Below, piece by piece: positions 55,638-64,000 of a stretch of 64,000 nucleotides of DNA (positions are counted from its first letter, which is position 1; each line of letters opens with the position of its first letter). The translations under genes were made by a program, and so were the position numbers. Source of the DNA: an uncultured Bifidobacterium sp. (GTDB lineage Bacteria; Bacteroidota; Bacteroidia; AKYH767-A; OLB10); contig CAZHSC010000002.1 in NCBI GenBank assembly GCA_964534995.1, positions 16,213 through 80,212 of the forward strand. The letters run 5' to 3'. The notes under the pieces are model-generated. The model was given only the letters and a program-made list of their open reading frames with translations. It was not told the origin of the DNA and made no database searches.

Positions 55638-56120
55638 ATGAGCAATAACCCCGGACCCGGCCTGGCCCTCCTACTGCTTCTTCTCAGTTCAACCGTAGTT
55701 TTCGGTCAGGAAGAATTGTCAAAATTTGAAAAGTGGACCGGACACTGGAAAACCGTAAAAAACGGTAACAGCATCCATGAAACCTGGAAAAGGCTGCCGG
55801 ACGGGAGTTTTGAAGGAGAATCCTGGACCCTCACCTCCCGCGGAGACTCGGTACACAATGAATTTATCCGCCTGCATATGCTGAATGACAATATTTATTA
55901 TGAACCCCGTCATAGTTCCGGCGGCAAGGAAAAACCTGTTGCCTTCCGCCTCATCATTTCTTCCGGAAAGGAATGGATTTTCAGCAATCCCGACAATGAT
56001 TTTCCAAAATACATTCAATACAGATGGCTCGATGAGCATCACCTGCAGGCTACCATCAGCAATTCGGACAGCGACTCGCAGGAGGCTGTTATTTTCAACT
56101 ATGAAAAAACCAAGCCTTAA
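55638..56120 (+). CDS. DUF6265-family secreted protein
   Basis: KWTGHWK, ETW, FSNPDNDFPKYIQY. Confidence 0.75.
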   Translation: MSNNPGPGLALLLLLLSSTVVFGQEELSKFEKWTGHWKTVKNGNSIHETWKRLPDGSFEGESWTLTSRGDSVHNEFIRLHMLNDNIYYEPRHSSGGKEKPVAFRLIISSGKEWIFSNPDNDFPKYIQYRWLDEHHLQATISNSDSDSQEAVIFNYEKTKP

Positions 56121-56209
56121 AACATCCTGAGCGTATCACCACCTTTTACAATGGTGTTTCTTATTCAGTCATCGAATGGGCTGCAATCAAGGGATACCGC
56201 ATTAAGATA

Positions 56210-58549
56210 TCACTGAACAATCCTGAACTCCACTCTTCTGTTCTGCGACCTGCCTTCCGGTGTTTTGTTGGTAGCAACAGGCTTCGTTAATCCATAACCG
56301 GTAGCGGTGATCCTCGAGCCATCCACTCCTTTGGCCACCAGGTAATCTTTGGCGGCTTTGGCCCTTTTCCGGCTGAGTGAAAGATTCATGGCAGCGGAAC
56401 CCACATTGTCGGTATGCCCTTCTATAAGCAGTAAAAACGCAGGTTTACGGATCAGCAACTGCGCCAGTGCATCCATGGAGGTAAAAGACACAGGTTTGAT
56501 AATCGCTTTTCCGGTTTCGAACTGCAGGTTTTTAAACACGGTATTCACAATTTCCTGCTCTTCGGCAGTCAATGCCACCGGTGCAGGGGCTTTGGGTTCA
56601 ATGGGTACCGCTTTAACTTCCTCAGGACATCCATTCAGCAACCTGGTTCCAGGTACCAGCGGACAACGGTCAATGGGGTCCGGAATGCTGTCATAGTCTG
56701 TATCGGGACAACCGTTGAATTGCGGAAGGCCTGCCTGGTCGGGACATTCATCCTTTGGATCAATAATTTTATCACCATCACGGTCAGGGCATCCGTTAAA
56801 ATCAGGTATACCGGGCAGGTCAGGACATGAGTCACGCAGATCAATGATTTTATCCCCATCCCTGTCAGGACAACCGGTAAATTCGACCGATCCGGAGTCA
56901 TCAGGACAAGCATCGATCAGATCCTGAATGCCGTCATTATCACGGTCGGGACATCCGTTGAAAGCGGCCAGGCCGGGTGTGTCCGGACAGGAATCCCTTT
57001 TATCTTCCACATCGTCACCATCACGGTCAGGGCATCCCGCGAATTTGAATAATCCGGGTGCGTCTATGCATTTATCCTGTTTATCGGAAACTTTGTCTTT
57101 ATCCCTGTCACGGGGATTCGCCCATGGAATACTGTATTTAAATGAAACGTAAATATCCGCTCCGTATAAATCCGAAAGTCCGATCAGGGATCCTATTTTA
57201 TCGCTACCAATCCAGAATGCGCCCAGGTAAAGTGCCAGGCCGGCGCGCAGTGTTTTAGCTTCATAGTCGATGAAAGATATAGGAGCGGCCACTTCAAACC
57301 ACATGGTTTCAAACCGTGGAGTAATTGAATATACACTCGGCCTGTCAACACCCCTCGTCTTGTTCCTGAGGCTCTGAATCAGTGTTGTATTTATAAAAAA
57401 TTTATCATTCAGTCTGAAGTCAGCCTGGAGGCTTATGGCACCCGGAAGTTTCATTTTGAAATGATCCTCTTTTAAACTTTCCTCTTTATTGCCATAAAAT
57501 ATCTGAGACATGGTATGATCAAAATCCCAGTTACTCTCAAACTCATCCACATTCCAGTCAGGATAAAAAGCACTGTCTGATTCCAGGTGAAAGGTATTGG
57601 CATTCCGGTTAAAAAGAATACTACCGATATCAAGAACAGAAGCCCCCAGTTTCACGTCATATTTATTCTTCTCCATGTCCACATGTTTCGCGTTGTCCAT
57701 GAAATAGGTGGTAAATTCCGGATCACGTCTCCACTCATAAGTCACGCCAAGGTCCCAGGAAAAGCCATATCCGTTTACCAGGTCGGTGAAGCCATTGACA
57801 TTTTCGAAGGTATTATAATTGGTACGGCCGTAATCCAGACTCATAGGACTAAACAACATATCCTGATCGTTGAGAACATTGAAGTCGCCCCTGACATTTT
57901 CGACAAAGCCGGCGCCAATGCCCTGCAACAATTTCAATGATATCCCGGCTTTCAGGGCATTCTTTTCGGTTTCATGCAACAAGGCAGCGTAACTCAGGCC
58001 GTACTCTATCCAGGCCATGGCATTAAATTCAACGCCTGACACATCATACATTTCGAAGGTATTCACAAAATGGAGCGGGTCGTAGCCGAATTCTTCAAAG
58101 CCATATTTGGCACCCTCAGGAGCAAGTCCGTTGCAACTGATGGCTGCCCTGAACTGATTGGTAACCGCGATAGAATGTTTACGGTTAACAGGGAACATCA
58201 CGGAAGGTCCCATGACAGAAGTAGAAAAAAACAAATTATTGTCCGTGCGGTCGAAATCATCCAGCATGGCATCATTTTCAATTTGCTTAACAATATTTTT
58301 GATGCCGAAGAAATTCAGGTTCTTCTTTGGAATAAACAGGTAATCATTTTCAATGCTGACGCCGGCGGTGATCACATTGATATCCCATTTCAGACGTGAG
58401 TCGATCATAGAGGATGGATTGATTCCCAATCCCTGCAAACCGGCAAAATTTGAACTGCGCAGTCCGAGCATTTCCTGGGCGAAAGATGCATTCACACAGA
58501 AGAAAAACGGGAGGCTGAGCAGAATAAACTTTAATGGTAAAATTTTCAT
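56210..58549 (-). CDS. DUF5723 beta-barrel + thrombospondin type-3 repeats + OmpA_C protein
   Basis: SNFAGLQGLGINPS N-terminus, DLGVTYEW, six DxDxDG..D..D.CP repeats, FETGKA…EGHTDNVG…NRRVEF. Confidence 0.88.
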   Translation of the reverse strand: MKILPLKFILLSLPFFFCVNASFAQEMLGLRSSNFAGLQGLGINPSSMIDSRLKWDINVITAGVSIENDYLFIPKKNLNFFGIKNIVKQIENDAMLDDFDRTDNNLFFSTSVMGPSVMFPVNRKHSIAVTNQFRAAISCNGLAPEGAKYGFEEFGYDPLHFVNTFEMYDVSGVEFNAMAWIEYGLSYAALLHETEKNALKAGISLKLLQGIGAGFVENVRGDFNVLNDQDMLFSPMSLDYGRTNYNTFENVNGFTDLVNGYGFSWDLGVTYEWRRDPEFTTYFMDNAKHVDMEKNKYDVKLGASVLDIGSILFNRNANTFHLESDSAFYPDWNVDEFESNWDFDHTMSQIFYGNKEESLKEDHFKMKLPGAISLQADFRLNDKFFINTTLIQSLRNKTRGVDRPSVYSITPRFETMWFEVAAPISFIDYEAKTLRAGLALYLGAFWIGSDKIGSLIGLSDLYGADIYVSFKYSIPWANPRDRDKDKVSDKQDKCIDAPGLFKFAGCPDRDGDDVEDKRDSCPDTPGLAAFNGCPDRDNDGIQDLIDACPDDSGSVEFTGCPDRDGDKIIDLRDSCPDLPGIPDFNGCPDRDGDKIIDPKDECPDQAGLPQFNGCPDTDYDSIPDPIDRCPLVPGTRLLNGCPEEVKAVPIEPKAPAPVALTAEEQEIVNTVFKNLQFETGKAIIKPVSFTSMDALAQLLIRKPAFLLLIEGHTDNVGSAAMNLSLSRKRAKAAKDYLVAKGVDGSRITATGYGLTKPVATNKTPEGRSQNRRVEFRIVQ
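56624..57109 (-). repeat. Six tandem 27-aa (81-bp) TSP3-like Ca-binding repeats
   Basis: 486 nt = 6 x 81; unit DRDGD.I.D..D.CPD.PG...FNGCP. Confidence 0.85.
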
Positions 58550-58731
58550 ACAACAGGAGGGTTAAACTGCCGTTAAAATTAATAATAATCATATGTGACC
58601 ATTCACAAAAGAAAAAAATAATCCGGGGTGCTCACTGATTTTTATCATGGAGCCAAAACAATGAAAGACTGTGCAGCCAATGAATATCAAACAATCCTCC
58701 ATTTTTTGACCGCGGCTATTAAAACACCATT

Positions 58732-58739
58732 TATCTTTG
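58732..58739 (+). promoter_or_regulatory. -7 box (TATCTTTG) 4 nt before the folK ATG
   Basis: TATCTTTG-TTAA-ATG. Confidence 0.6.
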
Positions 58740-58743
58740 TTAA

Positions 58744-59238
58744 ATGGATCACCTGGCGGTAGTTTTATTGGGAAGCAATCTCGGAGACCGGTATAAAAAC
58801 CTTGATGATGCTGCTTCTTTTCTTCAAGGTATCGCCATGCAAATAGAACACACTTCATCCACTTATGACAGCAGCGCATGGGGTAAGACAGATCAACCCG
58901 ATTTTCTCAACAGGGTCATTAGCATAAAAACGGACCTGATACCAACCGACTTACTGGGCAGACTTTTGGATATAGAGAATAAAATGAAACGGGAGCGGAG
59001 CGAGAAATGGGGTCCCCGCACCATTGATCTGGACATACTGTTTTATGATGACCTTGTGTATGCTGATGAAGAATTACACATTCCACATCCCGGCATTGCT
59101 ACCCGCCGCTTTACATTAATTCCGCTTTGCGAATTATACCCTGATTTCATACATCCCGTATATCAGGTAAGTTTGCTGCATCTTCTGGATAAATGTGAAG
59201 ACAGGGGCCGCGTACAACTTTACAGTAAACCCAACTGA
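58744..59238 (+). CDS. folK: 2-amino-4-hydroxy-6-hydroxymethyldihydropteridine diphosphokinase
   Basis: LGSNLGD, FLN, WGPRTIDLDIL, IPHP, RRF. Confidence 0.95.
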   Translation: MDHLAVVLLGSNLGDRYKNLDDAASFLQGIAMQIEHTSSTYDSSAWGKTDQPDFLNRVISIKTDLIPTDLLGRLLDIENKMKRERSEKWGPRTIDLDILFYDDLVYADEELHIPHPGIATRRFTLIPLCELYPDFIHPVYQVSLLHLLDKCEDRGRVQLYSKPN

Positions 59239-59882
59239 TGAAACAGCTCAGCCCTGCCGCCTACATTGTAATTGAAGGAAACATAGGTGCCGGTAAAACG
59301 TCCCTCGCAAAAATCCTTGCCAACAAATTCAATTCCGACCTCGTACTTGAACAATTTGCCGACAACACTTTCCTTCCACAGTTTTATGAACAGCCGGAGC
59401 GCTTTGCATTCCCCCTTGAAATGTCATTCCTTGCCGAGAGGTTTCAGCAGATAAAACAACATCAGGACGAAGCCATTAAAAAGAAGCGTCCGCTGATCAG
59501 TGACTATCTTTTTGAAAAAAGCCTGCTTTTTGCCAAGGTAACACTGAGTGGACCGGAATTGGATCTTTTTACCACCTTTTATAAACTGATCAACCCGACC
59601 CTAAGAAAACCCGATCTGATCGTTTACCTACACAGAAGCATCGAAAACCTGCTTGATAATATTCAGAAGAGAGGACGGGATTTTGAAAAAGAAATACCGG
59701 CAGCCTATCTGGAAAGGGTAAGCAAGGAATACATAAATCACCTTCAATCACTTGAAAATCAGAGAGTATTGTTCATACATTCTGATGATCTGGACTTTGT
59801 AAATAACCCCGTGCATCTCCGTTTTATCCTGGCATCATTGTCAGCCGAACTCCCGGAAAAATATCAGGAAATCAGTTTTTAG
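59238..59882 (+). CDS. Deoxynucleoside kinase
   Basis: IEGNIGAGKTS P-loop, FPLEMSFLAERFQQ, IQKRGRDFE; translationally coupled to folK. Confidence 0.9.
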   Translation: MKQLSPAAYIVIEGNIGAGKTSLAKILANKFNSDLVLEQFADNTFLPQFYEQPERFAFPLEMSFLAERFQQIKQHQDEAIKKKRPLISDYLFEKSLLFAKVTLSGPELDLFTTFYKLINPTLRKPDLIVYLHRSIENLLDNIQKRGRDFEKEIPAAYLERVSKEYINHLQSLENQRVLFIHSDDLDFVNNPVHLRFILASLSAELPEKYQEISF

Positions 59883-59973
59883 AAATGTGAATTTGAATTT
59901 ATTACAGCCCGCATATTAGGGACATTAATATACTTTCTTTAATATTGCAGCAGAATCTAAAAAAGCAGCTTGA

Positions 59974-61512
59974 ATGAAGATCAAAAGCTCACTTCTTATT
60001 ACTTTGTTTGCATTTATCACGGTTTTAAATGCGCAAGCTCAATCCGATGGCGGCAACACTTCCTCCGCCAGTAACTATGGATTGCCTAAAAAGCAAGACT
60101 ATGATCGTTGGTCAGCAGGCATTACGTTTGGCGTAAGTCATTTGCTGGGTGACCTGCTAAAAGGTGACCAGAACAATAATCGTTTTCTTAACCAGGGTTT
60201 TGTCAATCCTGCCATTGGTCTGCAGGTGCATCACCAGGTAACACATTCAATTGGCCTGCGGGCAAGGGGAATGGTTTCAAAGTTTTCCGGTAATGATATT
60301 GAATACCTTGATTCCATTACCTACCAACCTATTCAATTTCCGGGCAGCGGCGGCCCCGGCACAAAAGAATGGGCGGTAAAATATGAGAGTCCACTGATGC
60401 AGGGTAGCCTTGACATGACCTACAATTTCGGTAATATTTCATTCCTGAACAGAAACAAGGATTTCCATATGGTAGCTACCCTGGGTATCGGATTTTTCAA
60501 CTTTGACGCTGAAGTTTCCTCCGATTCCTCCAAATCAATCCTGTTGCGGAAATCAGGTAACATCACTGAACTCATGATACCTGTCAGTTTAGGGTTCAAA
60601 TACAAGATTAATAAATTTGATGTAGGCCTGGCATTTGAATACTACAAAACTTTCACCGATAAAATCGATGCTACCGTAAAGACCTATTCTGAATTTGACA
60701 ATTATATCATGTTAAATGCAGCGGTCAACTACACCTTCGGAAAGAAAAACAAACCTATGGAGTGGGTGAATCCGATGGAAGTTGTTTACAATGACCTTGC
60801 CGACATGAAAGAGAAGATAGATATTCTGTCAGGTGATAAGGACAAAGATGGTGTTTCGGATTTATTCGATAAAGATAACAGTACTGTGGAAGGCAGTAAA
60901 GTATACGGTGACGGTACAGCGGTTGATACTGACGGGGATGGTGTTCCTGACATCAAAGACACGGATCCATTCACAGCCAAAGGGGCAAAGGTGGATGAAA
61001 ACGGGGCTGAATCTGATACCGATGGTGACGGAGTACCCGACAGCCGTGATCTGGAACCCGGAACCGGGCAAGGATCGCTTGTGAATTTCCAGGGTATTAC
61101 TCTTGCCAATGCGGGCGAATTCGGTAAAGACAGTTTGGGAAGACCCATGGGACTGAATGGTGCTGACGGAAGAAGCGGCAAGAATGGTACTGGTTTCTTA
61201 CCCTCTGTGTTCTTCGACCTTGGTTCAGCCATCATTAAGTCAAATTATCATGACAGAATCCTCGTCATCGCCAAAGTACTTAAGGCGAATCCGGATCTCA
61301 AAATCAAGATAACCGGAAACTGTGATATCCGCGGAAATGAAAATGAAAATATGCGTCTTGGACAACGTCGCGCCGATAATGTGCGTGATCATCTGATCAA
61401 ACAATACGGCATTGACGGGGCCAGAATCAGTACTGAATCAAAAGGCGAAAAGGATCCAATGGCCACTTCCCTGAATCCGATGAACCGCAGGGTTGATTTC
61501 TCTGTTGAATAA
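59974..61512 (+). CDS. OmpA-family outer membrane protein (N-terminal barrel, TSP3 repeats, OmpA_C)
   Basis: Signal peptide, barrel strands, DKDKDGVSD / DTDGDGVPD repeats, ITGNCD…LGQRRA…NRRVDF. Confidence 0.9.
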   Translation: MKIKSSLLITLFAFITVLNAQAQSDGGNTSSASNYGLPKKQDYDRWSAGITFGVSHLLGDLLKGDQNNNRFLNQGFVNPAIGLQVHHQVTHSIGLRARGMVSKFSGNDIEYLDSITYQPIQFPGSGGPGTKEWAVKYESPLMQGSLDMTYNFGNISFLNRNKDFHMVATLGIGFFNFDAEVSSDSSKSILLRKSGNITELMIPVSLGFKYKINKFDVGLAFEYYKTFTDKIDATVKTYSEFDNYIMLNAAVNYTFGKKNKPMEWVNPMEVVYNDLADMKEKIDILSGDKDKDGVSDLFDKDNSTVEGSKVYGDGTAVDTDGDGVPDIKDTDPFTAKGAKVDENGAESDTDGDGVPDSRDLEPGTGQGSLVNFQGITLANAGEFGKDSLGRPMGLNGADGRSGKNGTGFLPSVFFDLGSAIIKSNYHDRILVIAKVLKANPDLKIKITGNCDIRGNENENMRLGQRRADNVRDHLIKQYGIDGARISTESKGEKDPMATSLNPMNRRVDFSVE

Positions 61513-61528
61513 ACTCAATTAAAAAATG

Positions 61529-61564
61529 AAAAAGCTGCTTTCAGACCCGGAAGCAGCTTTTTTT
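61529..61564 (+). terminator. Intrinsic terminator
   Basis: AAAAAGCTGCTT-TCAGACCCGG-AAGCAGCTTTTTTT. Confidence 0.85.
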
Positions 61565-61700
61565 ATGCTCAGTTTTTTTCAATGAAGGAACTGCCTCCTG
61601 CAGAATATAAAATTGACTGCCGGAAATTAAAATTGATGGGGTCTGTCTGATTTGAAAAAATCAAGACATAACAGAAAAAAACTACCTGGATATCTCCGGT

Positions 61701-62009
61701 TCAGGAATGTTCAAATAACTTATATAAAGTATTGATCAGTTTATTTTCTTCCTTCGCTTCATACCCATCCGCGCTCAACCAGGTTCTCTTAGACCTGGAA
61801 ATGATATCCAGGTTGGTCTGATTCTCCGCTATCTTACTTAATTTTATTTCAACCGTCACTTCAGGCTTTAAGATACCTTTCCTTGATTTTGCTTTGATCA
61901 AGCCCTCCTGCTCATCAAAACTGATGATCTTATAGTCCCTCCTCTTCAACGCCTTCAGGCTGGTTAAATACACGACATCTGCATTATAAAAGAAGGATAA
62001 TTTGCTCAT
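61701..62009 (-). CDS. Small hypothetical protein
   Basis: 102-aa ORF filling the gap between convergent ompA and DUF3352 genes; alternating alpha/beta pattern. Confidence 0.65.
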   Translation of the reverse strand: MSKLSFFYNADVVYLTSLKALKRRDYKIISFDEQEGLIKAKSRKGILKPEVTVEIKLSKIAENQTNLDIISRSKRTWLSADGYEAKEENKLINTLYKLFEHS

Positions 62010-62094
62010 ACGGCTATCTTAGATACGTATGAAAAGCATAACGAAATCAAATATAGTTAAAAAAATTACTATTTGATGAAAATGGTCCGGTAAA

Positions 62095-64000
62095 TTATTT
62101 GCCCGGGATCAGATACAGGCTGATATTATCCGGCCCCTCCTTCAACAGCAGATAATCTTCTTTACCAGACCCCGGTGCGAATTTTGGCAAATCAACACCC
62201 TGAAATGGAAATCCTTCGGCAATGGTTCCATCCCTGTAAAAAAGATACAACCTGCCTTCTCCAAGGGCTGATACCGCCATTTTTGATCCTGATGAAATGA
62301 CGGATACCTTATCAAACACTTCTCCACTGTTATATTTGAAAAGGCTTATCCCATCTTTGGTCTTCGCACTAAGTCCATTGTTACCGGCAACTATCCAGTC
62401 GGTTTCCGCATCACCGTTTAAATCCGCAGCGGAAGCTGAGCATACCGAATCGTTCTGAATGCTTACTATCTGTCTTTGCTCCCCGTTCAAATTTATCGCC
62501 ATTAACTTAGCTTCATTTGATACATAGCTCAGCAGATCATCTTTATCTTCCACTTTGATGAATCCGCAATACTCTCTCAACATGACTTTCTCTTTCACGG
62601 TAAACAAGCGGCGGCCGTTCCAATCTGTCACAAAACATAAGCCCGATGCCCCGAGAAAAACCATTTTTTGCTGATCGCTGTTATAAAAAACCGGTTGAAT
62701 GATCAGTTCCGGAAGTTTTACAGGGCTAAATCCAGCCAGAGGTTTACCGGTGATAGCATAGGCATAAAGGCGCAGGTTTTTACATGGAATGAAAAATTTA
62801 TCATTTTCAGGATTATCAGCAGTTACCAGTGTCAGGCCTGCAGAGGCTTCAGCCGGCAAGCGGTAAGGATAATTACCGGTATTATTACCCATCGAATCCA
62901 GTAAATAAACAAATGAATGCGAATTAAAGAGATACTGGTGTCCGCCATTCCTGTAGTAATCGATAGCTGTTATATCACTCATCAGCGGAGTGTCGAGTTT
63001 CTTCTTCCACTTCAAATCACCCGAAATATCAAATGCATACAATTGCCCATTAACATCGCTTGCCAGGATCAATCCATGAATACCGGCCGGAAAAAACGGA
63101 CCTGCCGCAAGGGTAGTATCCAGCTTCGCATTCCAGCTTAATTGCGGTCCGCGGGCAGTAGTATTGAAGTAACCAAGGCAACCCGAACTTTGGTAGAGTC
63201 CGTTTGAATGGGAAAGGGAGAACACCAGTCCATTCCAGTTATTTAATGCGCCGGCATTGGCGGATAGCCACCGGAGCCAGGCAGGAGATGCAACATCAGC
63301 AAACACTTTTACCGACTGCGGTATGCTGGCATAAAAAAAGATATTTCCCCGCGAAGGAATATGCGTAGAGAGGGAACGGTATCTCTCCTCCTCTTTCAGC
63401 ATGTTGCCGGTTTTTACATCGTTGATGTATGCACGCAATACGGAAGCCTGGTTGCCGATAACAATATGGTGGTTTATAGCAGTATAATAGAAGCGGTTCA
63501 CCCGCTGAAAGAGCGATCCGAACAATCCTTTCAGCAAGGCCTTTTCCTCGATATAACGTAAGGTATACCCGTTATAATATTCTATCGCATCCCCTGACAA
63601 CTTCTCCAGCGACCTGCTGCATTTCAGGGAGTCCTTAACACTGATCATGGCCAGAAAATTATTATCGGTCAGGCTTAGCGCAGGCTGCGTGATGATCAAT
63701 GCAAGTTCTTCCCCCATCCATTCACTAAAACTATTTTCATGCGGGCTGCGGGATGAGGTGCTTCCTTTACCTTCTGTTTCATGCAGAGATTCAAAAAACC
63801 GGACAGGATCACTGATACCCCATATCAGCGCTGCCGCTGTTTTTGCAGGAAGCCAGTCAGCTAACTTTCTTTCAACGGGTTGTTGCCTGTTAAAAATACT
63901 GATGAAAGACGAAGAGTCGCCGGTAAGGGTTTCCCCGCTGTACGCGATGAGGTTGGAATGAATATCGAGCTGGAGGACGGACCAGTCGCCGAAATGACTG
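62095..64000 (-). CDS. DUF3352-like protein with C-terminal beta-propeller/FG-GAP-like region (5' end beyond window)
   Basis: Frame stays open from 63999 (…FGDWSVLQLDIHSNLIAYSGETL…LADWLPAKTA…EWMGEELALI) through 62095; DLNGDAETD repeat near the C-terminus. Confidence 0.75.
   Translation of the reverse strand, partial: SHFGDWSVLQLDIHSNLIAYSGETLTGDSSSFISIFNRQQPVERKLADWLPAKTAAALIWGISDPVRFFESLHETEGKGSTSSRSPHENSFSEWMGEELALIITQPALSLTDNNFLAMISVKDSLKCSRSLEKLSGDAIEYYNGYTLRYIEEKALLKGLFGSLFQRVNRFYYTAINHHIVIGNQASVLRAYINDVKTGNMLKEEERYRSLSTHIPSRGNIFFYASIPQSVKVFADVASPAWLRWLSANAGALNNWNGLVFSLSHSNGLYQSSGCLGYFNTTARGPQLSWNAKLDTTLAAGPFFPAGIHGLILASDVNGQLYAFDISGDLKWKKKLDTPLMSDITAIDYYRNGGHQYLFNSHSFVYLLDSMGNNTGNYPYRLPAEASAGLTLVTADNPENDKFFIPCKNLRLYAYAITGKPLAGFSPVKLPELIIQPVFYNSDQQKMVFLGASGLCFVTDWNGRRLFTVKEKVMLREYCGFIKVEDKDDLLSYVSNEAKLMAINLNGEQRQIVSIQNDSVCSASAADLNGDAETDWIVAGNNGLSAKTKDGISLFKYNSGEVFDKVSVISSGSKMAVSALGEGRLYLFYRDGTIAEGFPFQGVDLPKFAPGSGKEDYLLLKEGPDNISLYLIPGK

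Noticed and set aside
56624-57109. Regular 81-bp repeats as a possible CRISPR array
   Set aside because: They are in-frame, degenerate coding repeats (TSP3) with no unique spacers and no cas genes.
1-64000. Mobile elements, prophage, rRNA/tRNA genes, anti-phage defence systems
   Set aside because: No transposase, integrase, phage structural, nuclease/NTPase defence or tRNA-like sequence was recognised; spacers are short and explained by promoters and terminators.

Overview
A 64-kb, gene-dense chromosomal window of about 50 CDS from a Bacteroidota (Bacteroidia-type) bacterium. The assignment rests on repeated TAnnTTTG -7 promoter boxes, three T9SS C-terminal-domain cargo proteins, OmpA/TSP3 and DUF5723/DUF4397/DUF3352 envelope proteins, and a Bacteroidota-type LpxD paralog. 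It is mostly core and envelope genes: TPR-comA-rhodanese-dedA-aroE, mrp-nifU, priA, corA, hslR, queA, rnhB, wzx-wzz-ligase, lpxD, typA, a LytS/LytTR pair, M61 and S9 peptidases, and folK-dNK. I saw no rRNA, tRNA, CRISPR array, transposase, integrase or phage genes. The best candidate for an undescribed system is a GT2 glycosyltransferase (26102-27103) whose full architecture, including the C-terminal domain, resembles the eukaryotic queuosine-tRNA galactosyltransferase QTGAL/B3GNTL1 as I recall it. It lies between hslR and queA, suggesting possible bacterial queuosine glycosylation. Other leads are a 1326-aa PAS/GAF HisKA_2 kinase lacking its phospho-His, a small secreted protein with three TonB-box-like repeats, a comA-rhodanese gene pair, phased TGTTA boxes, apparently leaderless folK and hslR, and overlapping divergent promoters. 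All family calls come from motif recognition by eye, without database searches.
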